64,000 nucleotides of DNA. It comes from an uncultured Gemmatimonadales bacterium. GTDB taxonomy: Bacteria > Gemmatimonadota > Gemmatimonadetes > Gemmatimonadales > GWC2-71-9. The notes under the pieces were generated by a model that ran no database searches, had not been told where the DNA came from, and saw nothing but the letters and a program-made list of their open reading frames with translations. Where the stretch lies: contig CAVQWA010000053.1 in assembly GCA_963717315.1 (NCBI GenBank), positions 18,217 to 82,216 on the forward strand. Reading direction: 5' to 3'. Made by a program: the position numbers and the translations under genes. Shown piece after piece: positions 59,293 to 64,000 of this stretch (its first letter is position 1; every line of letters begins with the position of its first letter).

Positions 59293-59841
59293 GTGCGCTG
59301 CCTCGCGCTCAACGCCTCCTTCGAACCGCTGACCCTCGTCCCGGTGCGCCGCGCGCTGCGCCTCGTCATCGAGGGAAAGGCGGAGATCGTCGAGGCGGAC
59401 CGTGACCAGATGGTCCGAAGTGCGCGGCTGCTCCTGCCCAGACCGGCGATCATCCGCCTCGTCCGGTTCGTGCACGTTCCCCGCCGCTTCCGCCGCCAGG
59501 TCACCAACACCTTCCTCTTCGCCCGCGATGAGTACCGCTGCCAGTACTGCGGCCGGCACCAGTTCGAGCTGCGCCACCGCGAGTGCCTGACCCGCGACCA
59601 TCTGGTGCCGGTGAGCCGGGGAGGCGGGAACCTCTGGGGCAACGTGGTCACCGCCTGCTCCAGCTGCAACACGCGGAAGGGGAACCACCTTCCGGAGGAG
59701 TGCGGAATGCACCCGCGGGTGCCCCCGGTCGAGCCGCACTTCGTCCACCTCGCGTGGGCGGTACGCCGCCTCACCGACACCCAGGCGAAGTACATCCGGC
59801 TGTTCTACGGGCCGGCGGCAGTGCGGGCCCTCGGGGGGTGA
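59293..59841 (+). CDS. HNH endonuclease
   Basis: 182 aa with GTG start. Motif: C.YCG.......LT.DH..P.S.GG...W.N.V.AC..CN..KG. Confidence 0.85.
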   Translation: MRCLALNASFEPLTLVPVRRALRLVIEGKAEIVEADRDQMVRSARLLLPRPAIIRLVRFVHVPRRFRRQVTNTFLFARDEYRCQYCGRHQFELRHRECLTRDHLVPVSRGGGNLWGNVVTACSSCNTRKGNHLPEECGMHPRVPPVEPHFVHLAWAVRRLTDTQAKYIRLFYGPAAVRALGG

Positions 59842-59903
59842 GCGGGGAGAGGGGAGACGGGAGCCTCTCTCCCCTCTCCCGTCTCCCCTCTCCCCTCTCC
59901 CGC
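59842..59903. repeat. GGGGAGA/TCTCCCC heptamer hairpin element, copy f
   Basis: Perfect 20-bp stem: GGGGAGAGGGGAGACGGGAG (59844-59863) pairs with CTCCCGTCTCCCCTCTCCCC (59876-59895). A C interrupts one arm and the matching G interrupts the other. It spans exactly from the HNH stop (59841) to the DUF4390 stop (59903). Confidence 0.9.
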
Positions 59904-60547
59904 TACCTCACCTCGAACCTCCCGCTCCTCGCGTCCAGCCGCAGGCTCGGCAGTCCCGCGATCCGCAGCAGGACCCGCCGGGCCCCGCGGCCCAGTGCGT
60001 CGCCCACGCCGTCCTCCCCGCTCGCCGCGCTCCCCAGGTCGCCCCGGAGGAACCGCTCCAGCTCGGCGAGATCCGAGTCGGAGAGCGTCGTCACGTTGAG
60101 CAGGACCTGGTAGTAGTACGTCCCGCGCTCGCGCGGGGCGATGCGCACCAGGTAGGAGTACCCCAGCGCGGCCGAGAGCGCCTCGGTGGTGGGATAGCGC
60201 CGCGTGGTCCGCCGGCCGCCCAGCGTGGTCTCCACCGCGTACTCCTCGCGCAGCGGATCCCGCCGCACCACCACGTCCCAGTCCACCACCTGCTCGGGGT
60301 CGTCGAACCACGAGCCGCGCACCCGCCACCGCTGGAGCCGGAAGTGGAGCCGGAGCGGGAGGCCCGACTCGAGCGCCGAGGTCCACCGCTGGTCGGCCAG
60401 GAGGCCGTCCATCCGGACCAGCGGCGCGCGCGTGCCGGTCGCTCCCGTGTCCGGCGCCAGCCGCGCCTCGAGCCGCGCCTGCGCGGCGAGCGGCGAGGCG
60501 GCGCCGAGGAGGAACAGGAGAGCGGCGAGACGGACGGGCACGCGCAC
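59903..60547 (-). CDS. DUF4390-domain periplasmic protein
   Basis: 214 aa with GTG start and a signal peptide. The central pattern L.F...RWR......DD.....W.V..D.L...Y is consistent with DUF4390, recalled from memory. Confidence 0.6.
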   Translation of the reverse strand: MRVPVRLAALLFLLGAASPLAAQARLEARLAPDTGATGTRAPLVRMDGLLADQRWTSALESGLPLRLHFRLQRWRVRGSWFDDPEQVVDWDVVVRRDPLREEYAVETTLGGRRTTRRYPTTEALSAALGYSYLVRIAPRERGTYYYQVLLNVTTLSDSDLAELERFLRGDLGSAASGEDGVGDALGRGARRVLLRIAGLPSLRLDARSGRFEVR

Positions 60548-60553
60548 GTCCGC

Positions 60554-62299
60554 TCAGAACCGTCGCCCGAGCCGCAGGACGAGCCGCACCGGCTCGCCTT
60601 CCTCGATCGCCTTGGCGAGGTAGATCCCGAGGCCGCCGGTGCTGAGCCCGACGCCGACGTCGGCGTGCCAGTCTCCGAGGCTCGGCAGCCTGCCGCTCGG
60701 CACCCGACCCGGCCCGTCGCCGGCCAGCCACGCCGTACCCGCGTCGGCGAACACGACGAAGTCCGCCTCCTCGATGCCCACCACCCGCTCCACGTCGCTG
60801 CGCTCGGCGTCGGCAATCCGCCGCGTGAGCCCGAGCCGGAAGCGCTGGCGGAACTCCCCCTGCACCAGCATCAGCCGGTCGCAGAGCGCCGGGGTGGCCG
60901 GGTCGTGGTAGCCGGCCTCGCGGCTGCAGTCCAAGGCACGGAAGTCGTACCCGTCGAGCACCCCCGGGCCGCCCAGCGCCAGGCGGCGCTGCATCGGGAG
61001 TGGGTCGCCGCCCACCCACCCTTCCCCCAGGAAGCGGGCGGACAGCGTGCGGCGGCCGCCCAGCCGCCGGTACCCCCGGAGGTCGAACGACGCCCGGGCG
61101 TACCCATAACTCCCGTCGGTCGGGATCGGCGCGCGGACCGTGGCCGGGAGGTCCACCGGCGCCACGTCCTCGACCCCGGTGTACTCGAATGCCACGCGCG
61201 CGTACACCCCACGGCTCGGCTGCGAGGGGCTGGGCCGGGTGTCCACCTCGGCCCCGACCCGCACGGTGAGGTACTCCCCGTCGTCGATCAGCGGGTTCGG
61301 TCGCCACCCCTCGTCGTGGAAGAGCGAGAACGGGTCGTTCGCGAGGATGGTCCGCTCCCGCTGGAGCCGCACCCCGCCCTCCAGCCGGAATTGCGGCGCG
61401 AGCGCCCACGACGCCGTGAGCCCGCCGCCGTTCGCGTCGAAGTAATCGCGGTAGTCGCGCTGGGCGAGCAGCGCGTACCACCCCGCCTCGCTGGCCGAGA
61501 GGCCAAGGTCGGAGACCGGTTCCACCCGGCTGTATCCCTCGAGCTGGAGGCGGAGCCGGTTGGGCCGGCCCAGCCGCAGCTCGGCCCGGCCCGTCACGCC
61601 GAGGTCGCTGAGCAGGTCGGCCTTCCCCCCCGCGGTGCGCAGGATGCCGAGCACCTCGAGCCGGAAGAGCGCGCCGGACCGGAACTGCCAGTCCGCCCTC
61701 GGCCCGAAGATCACCGGCAGCCCCTCGAGCCGGTTGTAGGTGCCGGCGGTCGCGAGCCGGATCGCGCTGCGGAACCGGCCCCGTTCGAACGTCGCCTCCG
61801 CCGAGGCCAGGTCCGCGAGCGACCGCTGCGATTCCCGTTCCGCCAGGGTGCCGTTGGAGCGTCGCACCACCGGCGCCTCGGCGGCGAACTCGCGCCGCTC
61901 ACCCTCCACCCTCGCCCCGGGCGAGAGGCTCAGGCGGCCGCCCACCACGAGGACGTCCCCCAGGATCACCGCCCCGGGACCCAGGACGAGGTCCCCGTTG
62001 ACGACGGTCACCGGACCCTCCACGGTGCCGTGAATCCGGGTGGTGCCGCGGTAGGCGCCGAGCGCCGATGAGAGTCGCGCGCCTGGCGGCAGCCGGACGT
62101 CGCCTGCGAAGCGGGCCGTCGCGGAATCGTTGTACCGCTCCAGGAGCTCCCGGAACACCGAGGCCTGGAGCCCGGTGGAGAGGACGCTGTCCCCGCCGGG
62201 CGCCGAGGGGTCGAGCACGATGAGGCTGTCCTGCGCCCGAAGGGGAGCGGCCGCGGCAAGGAGCGCGGCGAGGACCAGGGCCAGTCGGCGCGGCGTCAC
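60554..62299 (-). CDS. Outer-membrane protein: bactofilin-like (polymer-forming beta-helix) N-terminal region fused to an Omp85/surface-antigen-type beta-barrel
   Basis: 581 aa with GTG start (GTGA overlap with the regulator) and a signal peptide. Bactofilin-like G.V.G.V.VVNGDLVLGPGAVILGDVLVVGGRLSL.PGA.V.G. Barrel with alternating pattern and a terminal ...RLGRRF. Confidence 0.7.
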   Translation of the reverse strand: MTPRRLALVLAALLAAAAPLRAQDSLIVLDPSAPGGDSVLSTGLQASVFRELLERYNDSATARFAGDVRLPPGARLSSALGAYRGTTRIHGTVEGPVTVVNGDLVLGPGAVILGDVLVVGGRLSLSPGARVEGERREFAAEAPVVRRSNGTLAERESQRSLADLASAEATFERGRFRSAIRLATAGTYNRLEGLPVIFGPRADWQFRSGALFRLEVLGILRTAGGKADLLSDLGVTGRAELRLGRPNRLRLQLEGYSRVEPVSDLGLSASEAGWYALLAQRDYRDYFDANGGGLTASWALAPQFRLEGGVRLQRERTILANDPFSLFHDEGWRPNPLIDDGEYLTVRVGAEVDTRPSPSQPSRGVYARVAFEYTGVEDVAPVDLPATVRAPIPTDGSYGYARASFDLRGYRRLGGRRTLSARFLGEGWVGGDPLPMQRRLALGGPGVLDGYDFRALDCSREAGYHDPATPALCDRLMLVQGEFRQRFRLGLTRRIADAERSDVERVVGIEEADFVVFADAGTAWLAGDGPGRVPSGRLPSLGDWHADVGVGLSTGGLGIYLAKAIEEGEPVRLVLRLGRRF

Positions 62300-63669
62300 G
62301 AGCGGATCCCCAGCCGGCGCATCCGGCGATAGAGGTTCGGGCGGTCGGTCCGGAGGAGGCGGGCGGCCTCGGCAACGTTGCCGGCAGTGCGCTCGAGTGC
62401 GCGGGTGATGAGGTCGCGCTCGTAGGCGTCGAGCGCCTCGGGCAGCGCGCGTTCGCCCAGGGCGGGGAAGAAGGCCACCGCCGGCTCCCCGCCGGGGGTG
62501 CCGGGGCCGCCTCCGCTCGCGGGAAGGACGGCGCGCACCGCGTCCTCGTCAATCGTCTCCCCGCCAAGGATCGTGAGCCGCTCCACCACGTTGGCCAGCT
62601 CCCGCACGTTCCCCGGCCAGCGGTACCCTGCCAGCGCCGCCAGCGCTCCGGGGGTGATGCGCGGGGGCCGGAGCGGCCGGAGTCGCGCGGCGAGGTGGGT
62701 GGCCAGCGCGGGCAGGTCCTCGATCCGATCCCGGAGGGGCGGGAGCCGGATGGGAAAGACGTTCAGCCGGTAGAAGAGGTCCTGCCGGAATTCGCCTCGG
62801 CCCGCGGCCATCTCGAGGTCGCGGTTGGTGGCGGCCACGAGCCGGACGTCCACCCGGTGGGTGGTCTCGGCGCCGACCCGCTGCACCTCCCCGCTCTCCA
62901 GCGCGCGGAGCACCTTCGCCTGCGCCTCGAGGCCGAGATCGCCCACCTCGTCGAGGAAGGCGGTGCCCCCGTCGGCCAGCTCGAAACGCCCCAGGCGGCG
63001 CTCGGTGGCGCCGGTGAAGGCGCCGCGCTCGTGGCCGAACAGCTCGCTCTCGACCAGGTCGCGCGGGATTGCGGCGCAGTTCACCGGCACGAACGGCCCC
63101 CGGGCGCGCGCGCTGGCGCGATGGATGGCGGCCGCCACCAGCTCCTTGCCGGTGCCCGATTCGCCGGTGACGAGCACCCGTGCCTCCGTCGGCGCCACCT
63201 GGGCCACCAGGGCGCGCACCGCCTGCATCCCCGCGCTCTGGCCCACGAGCTCGGCCGGCGGGGCCAGCCGTTCCCGGAAGGCGCGGTTGGCGGCGCGGGT
63301 GCGATGGAGCTCGAGGGCGGCGTGGAGCGTCACCAGCACCGACTCGGGGCTGAGCGGCTTCTCGATGAACTGGAAGGCGCCGAGCCGGGTGGCCCGCACG
63401 GCGTCGGCCAACTGGGCCTGGCCGCTCATCATGATCACCGGCGCGCTCACCCCCCGCTCGGCGAGCGTGGCCAGCGTGGCCAGCCCGTCGGGGCCCTGCG
63501 GCATCATCAGGTCGAGGAAGATCGCGTCCGGCTCCGCGCGCTCCACCTCGAGGAGCGCGGCTGCCCCGCTTGGCGCCTCGCGCACCGCGTACCCCTCGGC
63601 CCTGAGGAGCGCGCCGAGCATCCGCCGGATGTTCGGCTCGTCGTCCACCACCAGGATCGTGGATGCCAC
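62296..63669 (-). CDS. Sigma-54-dependent response regulator (NtrC/AtoC family)
   Basis: 457 aa. REC domain (ILVVDDE...FLDLMMP), Walker A GESGTGKE, GAFTGA, WPGNVREL, and a C-terminal Fis HTH. Confidence 0.92.
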   Translation of the reverse strand: MASTILVVDDEPNIRRMLGALLRAEGYAVREAPSGAAALLEVERAEPDAIFLDLMMPQGPDGLATLATLAERGVSAPVIMMSGQAQLADAVRATRLGAFQFIEKPLSPESVLVTLHAALELHRTRAANRAFRERLAPPAELVGQSAGMQAVRALVAQVAPTEARVLVTGESGTGKELVAAAIHRASARARGPFVPVNCAAIPRDLVESELFGHERGAFTGATERRLGRFELADGGTAFLDEVGDLGLEAQAKVLRALESGEVQRVGAETTHRVDVRLVAATNRDLEMAAGRGEFRQDLFYRLNVFPIRLPPLRDRIEDLPALATHLAARLRPLRPPRITPGALAALAGYRWPGNVRELANVVERLTILGGETIDEDAVRAVLPASGGGPGTPGGEPAVAFFPALGERALPEALDAYERDLITRALERTAGNVAEAARLLRTDRPNLYRRMRRLGIRS

Positions 63670-63672
63670 CGG

Positions 63673-64000
63673 TCAGGCCGCCGCGCCGCGGGGCAGGTGT
63701 ACCACGAAGGTGGCGCCGCCGCCGGCTGTCTCTTCCAGGTGGATCCGGCCGCCGTGCGCCACCACGGTCTGCCGCACCAGCGCGAGGCCCAGCCCGGTGC
63801 CATCCGATTTCGTCGTGACGTACGGGTCGAAGATCCGTTCGCGCACCGCCTGCTCCACGCCGGGCCCGTGGTCGCGGAGGCGCACCACCACCCCGCCGTC
63901 CGGCACCGGGCCGACGTCCACCTCGACCGCGCCCGTCCCATCCATCGCCTCCGCGGCATTCCGGAACAGGTTCGCGAACGCCCGCCGGAGCGGGTCGTAC
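63673..64000 (-). CDS. Sensor histidine kinase, C-terminal HATPase_c part (runs off the window end)
   Basis: The frame continues upstream of the 90-aa track ORF to the window edge. Motifs: N.F.NA.EAM, D.GPG.........F.PY.TTK..GTGLGLA. Confidence 0.8.
   Translation of the reverse strand, partial: YDPLRRAFANLFRNAAEAMDGTGAVEVDVGPVPDGGVVVRLRDHGPGVEQAVRERIFDPYVTTKSDGTGLGLALVRQTVVAHGGRIHLEETAGGGATFVVHLPRGAAA

Overview
Very GC-rich bacterial chromosomal segment, roughly 70% GC by eye. G or C sits at almost every third codon position of the real genes, so most long ORFs in the six-frame track are GC-driven artefacts. I accept about 60 protein genes, chosen by protein-like sequence, recognisable family motifs, third-position GC and start/stop geometry. 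Gene content suggests a diderm of the FCB/Gemmatimonadota type: Omp85/TamB, Lgt, a GT9 heptosyltransferase, an MsbA-like exporter and a PorX-like REC-PglZ regulator. That taxon call is inference only.

Layout:
- 1-7.2 kb: an FAD oxidase, a sigma-70 factor, aroB, a PduO-type adenosyltransferase, an FNR and PBP4.
- 7.3-23 kb, plus strand: Omp85-TamB, a lipid kinase, a GAF/PAS histidine kinase, a sigma-54 regulator, a small Cys-rich protein, HAD, acpS and a cytochrome c-FTR1 iron permease.
- 23.4-37.8 kb, minus strand: one 20-gene, almost gap-free array, yebC-ruvC-ruvA-(58-aa zinc ribbon)-ruvB-queA-tgt-yajC-def-fmt-thiE-thiS-thiG-rsmB-PASTA-rpe-tlpA-ybbR-tsaD-lgt.
- 38.9-52.9 kb: an envelope-glycan island with GT9, the PorX-like regulator, MsbA-like exporter, two CgeB-like GTs, a DUF2029 GT-C, GT2, two GT4, a patatin-ferredoxin fusion and a class V aminotransferase.
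- 52.9-64 kb: a DUF853 ATPase, tyrS, PBP1A, an amidohydrolase, an HNH nuclease, and an operon of kinase, sigma-54 regulator, bactofilin-Omp85 protein and DUF4390.

No rRNA, tRNA, CRISPR array, transposase or integrase was recognised.

Most unusual signal: a family of hairpin elements built from tandem GGGGAGA heptamers facing TCTCCCC heptamers.
- Five compact copies, plus one copy split into two arms.
- One copy sits in frame inside queA.
- The split copy has its arms about 435 bp apart, enclosing a four-helix-bundle (23S-rRNA-IVS protein family) gene.

Other leads:
- a low-GC island with a minus-strand terminator (candidate sRNA)
- two unannotated small zinc-ribbon proteins
- a Fur-box-like palindrome over the iron permease start
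- a kinase-less PASTA protein at the PrkC position
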